This document shows positions 49,373 to 60,000 of a stretch of DNA of 60,000 nucleotides, in pieces. The translations under genes and the position numbers were made by a program. The stretch comes from Lama guanicoe (Eukaryota). The stretch lies in the NCBI GenBank assembly GCA_013239625.1, contig MU053216.1, forward strand, positions 436,001 to 496,000, given 5' to 3'. How positions within the stretch are numbered: position 1 is the first letter of the stretch; the number at the start of each line of letters is the position of its first letter. The notes beneath the pieces are model-generated. The model made no database searches. It was given only the letters and a program-made list of their open reading frames with translations, and was not told where the DNA came from.

Positions 49373-49510
49373 GCGTGTCTGTGTGAGTCTGTGTCTGTAT
49401 CTGTGCTCCCCGTGTGTCTGTCTGTCTGTGTGTCTGTCTGTGTCTGTATCTGTGTGCCTGTGTGTCTGTGTTTGCCTGTCTGTCTGTCTGTGTCCCTGTG
49501 TGTCTGTGTG
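49373..49510. repeat. Degenerate (TG)n/(TGTC)n repeat
   Basis: GTGTCTGTGTGAGTCTGTGTCTGTATCTGTG...TGTCTGTCTGTGTG. Confidence 0.9.
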
Positions 49511-52500
49511 AAGGGAGGGGCGATGTGGGCCTGAGAAGAAGGGCCCCAGCAGCACAGACCCGCCCGTCTGAAGGGGGGGCCTGGCCCCACCCTGAGAGCC
49601 CCCCACCCCACACGAGAGACATGGTCCTGCCATCAGGAGCCTGAGTGGAGGAGGCAGGTGGACAGACAGAAGAGCAGATGAGTGCCCCCTGCACAGTGGT
49701 AGGCGGCAGTGCTACCTGGCATCTCCCAGAGAGGGACACACACACACCCCCGTCTCAGCCTCCCTGCCAAGCAGGGCCTTTCCGCACAGCTTTCACCGGG
49801 GCCACCGTCGCCCGCCTTGCGGTGAGTGTCCGCCTGGGGCCTCCAGGGCCTGATCCAGGGCTTTCCCTGCTCACAGCCACCACCCCGGGGTCTGCACGGG
49901 GGCATTGGTCAGGCATGAACTCTGCCCCTCTGTGCCCTCCTGCTGCTGCTGTGGGCCTGCCAGGTGCAGCCTCACCCCCACCATGTGCCACCTGAGGTGT
50001 GTGCTGGCCTCATGTCCCCCCAGCCCCTCAAAACTCCCTCACCCTTATGTGGAAGGGGGAGCAGCGGCCAGCCCCAGGAGGGCGGTGGCAGTCGAAGCCT
50101 TTGGCTGCGAGTCCTGGTGGGCAGGGGCGCCAAGTCTGCAGCCGTGAGATGGGGAGGTCTGCTCCCACAATGGCCAGGGGTCAGCGGCCCTGCCACTGAT
50201 CCTTGACAAAAGGGACAGGGGACGGGGGCTGCAGCACAGAGGGGTGACGGTGTTATCAAAATCCACAGGGCACTCACAGCAACAGGGGCTTAACCACAGG
50301 AGGCCCCTGCCCACTGAGCCCACTGCCCTGAGGATGGGTCATTGGGGAGGACCCCTCCTACAGGAGGTGTCAGGAGCCCCTCAGTAGTGGCTGCCTCTGG
50401 CCTGTTTCCAGGAGCTGAGGGCAACACAGGTCGGGGGACAATTCTGACTAGCAGATCACTCCGGGCACTGGAATAAACCCTGCCATCGTTGGTCCTCAGA
50501 GGCCCCTAGGAAAGCAGTGTACTGGGCAAGGTGCAGACAAGGACAATGCCGCCCCCGCCCCCTCCAGAGCCCATCTGACCTGGCTCTGAGCCTAGGACTA
50601 CATCCAAATTCCTGACACCCCCTCCCACCGCGCTATCTGGACACCCTCGGGGACACTGCCTCCTCCAGCACCTCCAAAGTCCAAGGCGGGGGGAGGGGGG
50701 AGGGCTCACTGCAGAGCCCACCCTCCTGGTCTTGCTGCCAGCAAAGCCCAGACAGCAGAGTGGCGGGGGCGCCAGGGCTGCTGCGGGCCTGCCTCCAGCC
50801 CTCTCCCATGTGCCCGCCCCAGTCCCCGGGGTGGCCGAGTGCTCCAGCCAGAGGCCCGGGGCCGGGCACCATGCTTACACTGGACCCAAAGAAACGGTGG
50901 AGGCTGAGGGGAGGAACAGCCAGGTCCAGCAGCAGGCAGTGCAGGGAGAGACTCGACTCCTCCTGGCCAGGAGCAGACCAGCTTCCCCGCCACAGCAGGG
51001 CTCCCGGGTGTGCGCAGGGTCCCCTCGCCTGGCCGAATGCTTCCTGGGGGTGCTGGATGATCTACCCCAGCTGCCCAACACCATGAATAGAGTTTGTTTT
51101 TGTTTTCATTTCTTTTAAAATGTGCTTTCAGGAGAAAAAGGCAGAAAGTTCTGCTCTGGAACACCCAGCCTTGGAGAAGGACAGAGGAAGCTGTGGAGAG
51201 AAACCCAGGGCGTCCAACCGTCTTCCCTGGGCCAGCCCTCCCTCTCCCCAGGCGCCTAGTCCACCGGCCCCATCTGCCTCTCCTGGTCCACCAGGACCTT
51301 CACTGACAGGCCCAGTACGCTGGCTCCTCTGAGGCTCCGACCTCTCGGCTAGTCCCCTGGAGACGCCTCAGATCCACCCTGGAGGGGGGCCAGCCTGTCT
51401 CCCCTACACCCTCACCACACCTCGCAGGGGCTCCCAGAGGCCATGGCTGGCAGGTGGAAGTGGGTGGGGAACCACGCTGACTCTTTCTGAGAAAGATAGG
51501 AACCTGGCAGCCAGCTCGGCGGGGCTGCTAGGCCTGGGGGTTTAACTTGTCCAGAATCTGCCCAGCCCTCGGAGCCCAGACCCCCAGGCCTGCCCTCTGC
51601 GAGGCAGGCGCACCACGGTCAGAAGGAAGACGGCCAGGCTGAACTCAGCACTGCACGGGCTGGCTGGCGGCCTCTGCGAGCTTCTCAGTCCTTAGGGTGG
51701 AGAAGCAGACTTCTCACCTGTGCCTCCCCCGCATGAGAAGAAGAGATCGAGGTGCTTAAGAAAGGGCAGTGAATGCCGACAGTTACACGAGAGGTACGGC
51801 AGGGGCCCCAGCTGTGTCTGCAGGGGGCCAGGCGAGCTGGGCTCCAGGCACTGGCCTTCCCAAAGGCCTAGTGTCCTCCTGGAAGTCCAGAGAATGGACA
51901 TTTGAACCAGGAAGGCGTCTCCACCGTGTGCTGGAGCAGAGGGAGGAGGCAGAGAACGGCACGAGCCACGTCCCTGGCCCCAGCCTCCGACTCCCCGTCT
52001 CAGGGTTCGCCAGAGGAGACCCTTGGCCCGCTTCCCTCCCAGGGCCGGGGGAACTCAAGGTACAGGCCCTCCTTGCTGGCTCTAGAGGAGACAGCAGGCA
52101 GCAGCAGGGCAGGGGACCCAGTGGAAATGCTGGCTCGGGAGGTGCCCTGTCGCGGGGCAGCTAGGCCCGGCCCCCACCTGCCCGCGGCCAGCCCCTGGGG
52201 CGCGCTCTGGCACGGCGCGGGGAGTGGTGCCAGCCCGGGGCCCTCCTCCCCACCCTGGCCTGCTGCCGCTTCCAGAATAACCCTCTGTCCGCAGCATGCA
52301 TTTGGCCTCCTGGTGTTGCTCTCCTCCTGAGACCTGTTCTCCCATGTCTGAGGGAGAGAAGAGACCTAACTTGTTGTTAGGAATTGGGGACCACCCCCCT
52401 TTTCACCAGAGGACTGCTTAGCACAGAGGGGCTCCCCCAGTTCTGACAGCCCAACTCAGGGAGTCCGTTTCAGTTTGTCTAGAACTTGTCTTTTCCAACG

Positions 52501-54209
52501 TGGGGGAGGAGGGTTGGAAATTTCTCCCTGACCCCTGTCCCTTGGACCTTCCCGAGGAGTCCAGAACCCCAGCAGGACACCGTGTCCTTGGCCCTGCACC
52601 CAGCAGGTGGGTTACTAGCCTAAGGGCACTCAGCCCCTCCAATCCTTGAGACCCTTAGGGCGCTTCCGAGGGTGGAAAGGGAGCGGGTATGTCAATGGTG
52701 CATCCATACCTGCCTCTCCCTGCACTGCCCCAGGGAAGTCTCATTCCACTGAACTCCATTTCTAGGGAGAAGCTGCACTCTCCACACAGCGATCACCTGG
52801 AAACCTAGACTGTCCCTCTGGGAAGAGTCCTCCACGGGCCAGGCGTCCCCACCAGGAGGGCTCTCGGGAAGGCATTTCCTGAGGGGAAGGGAGGGGGCCT
52901 TACCAGTGAGGAGGGAGGCAGGTGGGATGGCCGCCTGATGGGGTCTAGACTCTGGCACCTGAAGTCCCCCATCACAGCAGCTCTGTTATCCCCTCCCCAG
53001 GCCTCAGCAGATCCTTTGCAGTTGAGGGTTGAGAAAACAACCGTGGAGGTTTCAAGGCAGATACTAGACAAAGGCCCCCTTGGCTTCCTTTGTGCCCTTG
53101 CACCTCCCCACACCCCCATGGGGGAGTTCTCACCAGGAAGAAGCCGAAACTTGGGACAAAGACGTACAGCCTGTAAACTGAGGCGCCGACCTGGACCCAG
53201 GGTCCGGGCCGGGCTCCCCAGGGCCTGCCTCCCCACTAGTGGGCACGGGGGCCATCAGGGTTGAGAGCCCACAGGACAGAGAGGGGGACCAGGACGGGAA
53301 GGTGGGGCTGGCCGGGCGGGCGGGGCCAGCTCTGCTCCAGGCCAGGCTTTCTTCCTCTCTGCCAGCCGCCCCACCCGGGCACTCCCTGCCCGCTGCTGCT
53401 GGAGGCCAGAGGCTTCCTTTTTCTTTTGCCTGCAGCTGCTTCCTGCCTTTCCTTTGAACTGGGGTGTTGGTTCCCCACAGGCTCACCCTCCTCCAGTGAT
53501 CCCCGCCCCCCTCTGCCTTTGATGGGCCCGGACCCCCCAGGCCCTGCTGGCACCCTGGTTCTGGGGTGACCTGGGACCAGCTCAGCCTGCGCCCCACCCC
53601 CAGCAGCTCTCCCTGGGCCCCCCCCTCGCTGCATCGGGACAGGAGGCTCAGAGTTGATTTCTCCTGCCTCTCCCACTGTTTCTCAGTAGAACCTGTGACA
53701 CTGGCATCCACAGCAACTGAAGGGTTAGAACTCACAGCTCCCAAGTCTGTGGGAAGTGGGCGGGGCACACAGCACAGGCTCTTAGAATCTATTAGGAAAG
53801 GAAACGGAAGCCTGGCCTCCAAGGTCAAAATCGAGAAGAGGCACGTGGGGCCCCCAGACATGGCCCCCACCCCCCAGGTCAGCTCTTCTCCACCAGCTGC
53901 AGGTGTCTCTGCTGCTTCAGACGACAGGCCCTGCAGGGCCCCGCTGCTGTGTTGGGGAGCAGGCTGGGGTCTCCCACCCGCTGCCCCGCCACCCCCACGA
54001 AGCTCTATGTGTGCACCGGCCAGAATCTGCTACTCCAGATTCCCAGAGAGCCCCCCGACACACGCGGGCACGCACAGGCACACGCCTATTCCACACCTTT
54101 CACAGAGCAGCTCCTCTCCTCCCAGCGCTGGCTCCAGCACTTCGTCCTCCCGAAAGACTTCCACGGCTGACAGTTCTCGGCCTGACCACCCCAGTAACAA
54201 CACCGGCAG

Positions 54210-54350
54210 ACACTGAGCTCTTCCCCAGGGCCGGGCACTATGCCAAACCCTTTACAGACTCTACCTCAGTGAATCCAGACAACAGCCCTGCCTACGAGGT
54301 AGGTATGAGCCCCATTTACAGATGAGGAAACTGGCCCAGATCACCTGCTC
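54210..54350 (-). mobile_element. MIR SINE fragment
   Basis: GGGCACTATGCCAAACCCTTTACAG...AATCCAGACAACAGCCCTG...CCCATTTACAGATGAGGAAACTGG. Confidence 0.7.
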
Positions 54351-57300
54351 ACGATGACGCCAGCCCTGCTCCGCTATGGCCAATGCCTGTGCCTGTGCCC
54401 CCCGCTCCCCCCAGCTCCCTGCCTCCGTCTCATCACCCCTCAAGCAGGGGTGAGGAGGATGCGAACCACTCAGAATCCACGCACACTCCCACGCGACCTT
54501 TCGTCAAGTCCACTGGTTGTCACAGGCAGTCTTAAGAGGACTGAAGTCCCAAGGGGGCAGGAAGCTGGCGGGCGGGTGTTGCCTGGGGTGGGGCCCCTCC
54601 CTCAGTGCCAGTGCAGAGGGGATGGAATTGGGTGCTGAGGGGAAAGGTCAAGTGCATGTGCCCAGGTCTTTCACAGCAGCCGCCAAGACAGCTTTTCCCC
54701 TGCCAGTCACTGCCCGGCACAGCTCAACTCTGGGGGCAAAAGGAGGGACTCAAGGTACCAGAGATTCTCCAAGCCAGGACAACTCAGTGTCGCCAACATC
54801 TGTACGTGCTGGTCTCCTCACTGGGTGGACGTGGGTCAGGACAGGGAAGGGGAACCCCACCTTCTCACGCTGTCAGGCCGGAACACCCCAGAGCAGGGGC
54901 TGCAGCACCCCCAGGTCAGTTCCCAGGAGGATGCCCAAACCCCCGTGAGCCCCGTGAGCCTCACTGAGACCACGGGTCAGAGGTACTAACAACGAGAGAA
55001 CTTGCAGGGCGGAGCGTTTGAAGCCTGGCCTTCCCACCTTATCAGCAGGGCAGCAGCACTCAAGGCTGTCATCATCTTGCCCTTGGGGGTAAAGCAGAGA
55101 TGGCAGTGGTACAGAGAAGGCTTTCTGGCCTTCCCTGGAGCCCAGATGGACAAGGCAGAGCTGTGTGCACAGAGAAGGGGAGTGGGTATAAGGGAGGGGC
55201 AGCGATGTGAAGTGTGCTGGGAGACCTGCAGAGTCACCTGGAGCCCGCAGGTCCTTGGGGCCTCCTATGGTTCAGTCTGCGGCTGCTTCCAAACGTCCCC
55301 AAGTGCCCCCTCTGACCGGCCGCTCCCTGAACATCGAGTGCTTCCGTCTCACCTTTCACTTCCCCACCCTGTGTCGGGGAGACCTGCATGTTCACCCCAC
55401 CCCCAATATCCGCCAGCCAGCTGGACCCCAGAGCCCCAGGCCAGCCAAGCACTGGCGAGCCCAACACACCCCTCCTCTCCTCCCACCAGCAGCGGCTCCC
55501 TTGGGTCCTCCACTCACCCCAGGCTCAACTCCCTCGTGTTAAGGTTCGGCTTCCTGCCGCCTCCACCAGACACCCACGGGAGGCAGGACAGCGATGGCCA
55601 CCTGTCACATGGCAGGCATGGTGCTGGGTACTTGATCCGACACATCGCCCCCTGGATCCCTGCCACCACTTCTCCCCAAGCACAGATGATGGCTTAGGGG
55701 AATTTGGTGGCGCAGTAGGGGCAGAACTAGGAAAACCCTGGAGTCTGAGCGGCCCAGACAGAGAGGCCCTGCTGGTCAGGGCCGCAGGTGCAAGTGTAAG
55801 CTGTCCTCAGCAAGTGCTGGGCCTCCTGGGCTGCAGCTAGACCTGCGCTCCCTTTGCTGAGGAGGGAGGGGAGACCCTCACACCGACCCACCCTGAGTTG
55901 GCTGCCTGGGCAGCTCTCCAGAAAGGCCAAGGAATAAGCCCCCTGCCCCCAGCAGAGACCCTTCAGTCACCATCCAGACAAGACCCCTGCCTCCTGCCCT
56001 CCCTCCACGATTCCAGAGTCTGCTGCTAAGTCCCACGTTGCGTGGGACCCTGCCTTCCCTCCCCCCAACTCTGGGAAGCACAGTCTGAGTCTCGGGAGAG
56101 AGGAGCTTTCTCAGCCCCCATGGAGACATGGGACTGGCTCAGAAAATCCCAAATGCTGACTTGCCAGCTCCAGGGGAACAGTGACAGGACAGTGGGGGAA
56201 ACTTCCTGTGGTCGTGGATGGTGGGACGCTGGAATTGTAACGGCGGCACTGTCTTCTCCTTCCCCAAGTTCTTCCACAGAAAGGGTGTGTCTGGGGGTTG
56301 GACCAATCAGCCTCAGGAAGGCCCTGTCTCCCTGCCCCTCAGCCTGGAAAAGGAACCTTTCTTCTGCTCCCCCAGGGAAAGGCCCCACAGAAGTCACTTC
56401 CAAACCCTTTTTAGCCACAGAATCCATAAGGAAGCGATGTCCTATACCACCCACATGTAATCGGCTCAGGGATCCGCCCTGTGAGGAGCAGGTGCGGGGC
56501 CAGGGCCACCCTCCCTTGCCAGCAGTGGGGCCCCTCAAGGCCCCAGGGCCTTCACCCCGGGAGAGGGAAGGATGCAGTTTGCTCTCCTGGAATCTCTTCA
56601 CTATCTCCTCTCCCCTGGCCCCCAGCCCATGTCTCTGGGAGTGGAGGGGGACATCCCATAGGGACAGAGAGATGGGGAGGGGAGCCTCCACACCCTGCCA
56701 GCACTGAATGCCCTGGTCCCATTTAATTCAACAAGTACTTACCTGACTCTGACAACTAGACCGGCTCCCACCTGCTTTCTCAGAGCCCCCAAGTGCTGCA
56801 ACCCAAAGTGATACAGCACCAGGACCCCATCCCTTGGACAGAGGGCCCCAGACTTTCCCACTTACTCTCCTCCTCTGAGTGAAGGTGATGGGGCCTGGGC
56901 AGGGCTGAGCCAGGAAGGGTTTCCTCTCCTTAGAGCCGGGGCAGGTGGTCTGAAACTGCCCTCACCCACTCCTCCTGACCAGGTGGTGAGTGGTCAGAGC
57001 CCATGCCTCAGGCCCTGAGGCGGAGCCCCTCTGAGCCACCCTCAGGACAGCACCCCCAGCAGGGTCCCCTTCCCGAGCCGTCTCACCCCAGCTCAGACTC
57101 TAAACACAGCCTGCCCACAAATCAGTGTCTCCAACATGGCCTCTTGGGATGTGACTTCAGAGAGGACCCTGGGGAGCCAGGAGGCCTCAGTGAAGAGAGG
57201 TGTTGCAGGCAGGGGCCCTCTTGGAGGAGACCAGAGTGGGGAAAGACCCTCTCCCGGCTTCTGGGACCTCCCACCAAGGCCACCCAGCCTTGGTGTGACA

Positions 57301-57559
57301 GCTCTGCTCTTCTGGGCAAACAACCTTTCCACCCCACCGGGCCCCCTCCCTTCTCCACCACCAAGTCAGCCAGCGTTGCCAGCTATGTCCAGGGCACTGC
57401 TCTGCGGGAGAAGAAAGCAGCAAGAGGAGAAGGGGGCGGGCCTGCGCCCCTCCAGCCCAGGTACAGAGGCCACCTCTCACCAAGCCTGGGCTCCCCGGGC
57501 GAACCCCGAGACGGGGCCAACTGGGAAACCACGCCAGGCAAGCTCAGGCGCACTCCTGG

Positions 57560-58010
57560 TCGATCCTCTGTCTCAGGCTTTCCTCCCCGCCCCGGGCCCG
57601 CGGGCCCGCATGCCCCCACCGCGCAGGTGCCCGGACCGCGGCGGGCGGCGGGGGGAGAAAGGCGCGGTACTCACAGGTAAGCCGTCCTGGGGTCCAGGTC
57701 GCGCGGCACGGCCGAGAGCCCGCGCTCCGAGCAGTCGGCCGACAGCGAGATGCCGCCCCGCTGGCAGCGGCAGGGGGCCGGGCAGGCGGGCCGCGGGCCG
57801 GGCTGGGGCGCGCCGCGGGCGGGCGGGCAGGCGCACAGCGCGGCGCAGAGCCACAGACACGGGCTCTGCTGGGCGGCGGCGTGCGCGGCGCAGTCAGGCT
57901 GGCGCAGGCATCGCCGAGCGATCTTCGCTCCTGGTTTCACGGGTTGGGCTTGGCAAGGGAGGGAGACGCGGCGGAGGAGGAGCCAAGGCAACTTTCTTGC
58001 CCGTCCGCTC
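57560..58010. promoter_or_regulatory. CpG island over LGR6 exon 1 and proximal promoter
   Basis: Very dense CpG and GC-box-like (GGGCGG) content around exon 1, well above the flanks. Boundaries are by eye. Confidence 0.85.
57675..57911 (-). CDS. LGR6: LGR6 exon 1: signal-peptide-like segment and Cys-rich LRR N-terminal cap (start codon problematic)
   Basis: Reads [61 protein letters not shown] and ends TAC CT|GTGAGT (donor GT at 57674-57673). The nearest ATG (57911-57909) is out of frame with this sequence; see findings. Confidence 0.85.
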
Positions 58011-60000
58011 CCTTGCCTCCTTTCTTCCAGCTGGCGGGGGCTTCATCCAGGAAAGGAAAAAAGCAAAGAACCTGGGGAGGGACCTGCCGCGGTTTGGAAA
58101 CGTCCCCCGAAGCCCGGGCTGTGGGTCAGGACCCCGTGCCTGCAGGGACTGCCTCGGGGTCACAGGGGACTCAGGAGCCCTGCGGCAGCCCTGAAGACTT
58201 TCCACAGCTCCCAGGCCCGCCGCCGCCTTTCCTACGGGAGGAAACTGGGACCCAGGAGGGAAGTGCTTTGTTCAAGGTCACCGCTGGTGGGAATTTGGGG
58301 TCCCCCTCGGCCCCTCCGTGGGGAGGGGTGGGGGGACAAGAGGTTGTCCTGAAGGGTGAGCTCTGAGGGGCCTCTTGCAGGCTGGGTGAGGGGGCCTTCT
58401 CGCCGAGCCCCTGCCCGCCACTGCAGAAGGGTGCGATGTCTACCGCAGGGTGTCCTTGCATGCAGCCCGGGTCAGGTGTGAGCCCGGGAGCACTTGACCC
58501 TGCAATCCGCGGAGCCAGGCAACAGCTGGGGGACCCGCCCACCTGGCCGTGTGGTCAGGCTGAGAGTCGGCGGTGGGCGCCACCTGGAGGCCAGTCCTGC
58601 AGCCACAGCTCAACCAGCCCCTGGCCAGACAGGCCAGCCCCGAGGCCTGAGGGGCAAGGATGGTGGCTGGAGCAGGGGCCAGCCCCGTCTCTCCTGAGAC
58701 TAGTCTTGGTGGCTGTGCCTCCTTCCCGGAGCCTTTTCTTTCTCTGGTCTCTAGCGCTGAGCCAAGCTCAGTGTAGAGCCAGAGCCACCGTGTTCCCCAC
58801 TCCTGCCACCTCCCCAGGTCCATCCCAGGTGGACATCAGCAGCCTGGAGGCCTCGGGACAGCCAACACTCCCTCCACCCTGGACTGCCAAGCCCCAAGGC
58901 CCCCATACATCCCTCCCATTGTCTTCTCTCACCTCCCAGGCCCCAGGGGCTGACCAGCTGGGCCAGGTAGCCCATGGACCCTGGCCCTGGGTCTTGGATG
59001 GGTGCGGCTCTGATGGAGACAAGCCTCCAGGGAGGCCTGGGTGGTCGAGCATGGAGGCCCTGGGAGACCACAGGTGGGCTGCCTGCCCCCCACCCCTCGC
59101 TCTGGCCCCTGCTAGACTGCAGCTCCCAGTAGTCCCCTCAGCAGTGGGGGGGTCAGGGGCCTTGCCTGCTGGAGGGTCACTGTGGGCCAACCCTGGGCTC
59201 CTGACAAACGTGGGGTCTGAGGAGGAGGGGCCCTCATCCTGGGGAGGCTCCTGACTGAGCGGGAAGCCCGGCCTCCGGTCCGCTTCCACACCAGGCCTGA
59301 GAAGGGCCCTCCTTGACCTCTGACCCCTTGTCCTCTCAGGGCCTCCCGCTCTGCTTTGTCCAGGCTCTGCGTCCCCCTCCCTGGGCCCTCCACCAGGAAC
59401 AACTGGGGACCAGCATTGGGCACCAGCTGTCCAGGGCCACGCAGTCCGATCAGGGGACAGACGGGCCCTGGTGAGGCCACCAGCGATCGCGTCACCACCG
59501 AACACACTGCAGGCCTGCAGCTTGGGACAGGCTCACCCTAACCCTAACCCTCCTTTCTGTTCCTCCTCCTGGTTTTTTCCTCCCCCAAACTCCCTTGCTG
59601 CTACTCTCCTGGCTCCTGTGGGGGAGGGGAGGGGGCACAGAGAGCCTGGCATCTCTGACCCGAGGAGCAGCAGAGCCCCAGCACCTGCCCCTGCGGGGCT
59701 GCAGCAGGTGGAAGGTGGGCGGGCGGGAGGAAGAGGGCACGGACAAGTCCGTCCTGAGGCACACGGGGCGGGGTGGCCCTGATAGCCAGGGCTCTGAAGC
59801 CAGGCTCCCAGGACACTAGGGACTAAATGTGAGGAAGCTAGGAAACTAGAGGGCAGGGTCTGGGGACTGCCCCGGGGAGGGCCACCTGCTAGGCCCATCC
59901 CTGCTTCTGTTTCCCCCAGGCCCTTGCACTGGGCTGTTTCTTTCCTCCTGGAGAGTGGATGGACAGAATGCACTCGGCCTCAGGCTTGACCACATCCTTT

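Larger units (their letters stand above)
1..57990 (-). other. LGR6: LGR6 gene, 5' part (exons 1-5 and introns 1-4; intron 5 runs off the window start)
   Basis: Five minus-strand exons splice in frame to ...LWLCAALC...CPAPCRC...[105 protein letters not shown]..., matching the recalled N-terminus of mammalian LGR6. Intron lengths are 21602, 2191, 3446 and 28127 nt. The transcription start is approximate. Confidence 0.95.

Noticed and set aside
59536..59551. CCCTAACCCTAACCCT telomere-like motif
   Set aside because: Fewer than three units, too short to call an interstitial telomeric repeat.
1..60000. Prokaryotic-type novel system (operon, CRISPR array, defence island)
   Set aside because: The DNA is a spliced mammalian gene with mammalian repeats. 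There is no repeat-spacer array and no dense coding structure.

Overview
This is very GC-rich mammalian genomic DNA. It is probably camelid, judging by two copies of a tRNA-derived SINE resembling the camelid Vic-1 family. It is not prokaryotic, and almost all entries in the supplied ORF track are spurious. The window holds the 5' part of LGR6 (leucine-rich-repeat GPCR, R-spondin receptor) on the minus strand. Exon 1 lies in a CpG island (about 57675-57911), followed by exons 2, 3 and 4 (72 nt each; 36001-36072, 33738-33809, 30220-30291) and exon 5 (216 nt; 1877-2092). All splice sites are canonical GT-AG, phase 2, and the gene continues beyond position 1. The introns carry old mammalian repeats (L1M, L2, MIR, MLT1, MER5A, MER53, MER91) and simple repeats. 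Four observations stand out: (1) exon 1 has no in-frame ATG, and the expected ATG opens only MPAPA-stop; (2) a near-perfect 371-bp tandem duplication sits in intron 4; (3) there is a strong, locally peaked AT-to-GC shift in exon 5 and inside an L1 relic; (4) there are candidate Wnt/TCF-responsive intronic elements. I found no evidence for a new multi-gene system. Comparisons with human LGR6 and repeat consensus sequences are from memory, not database searches.
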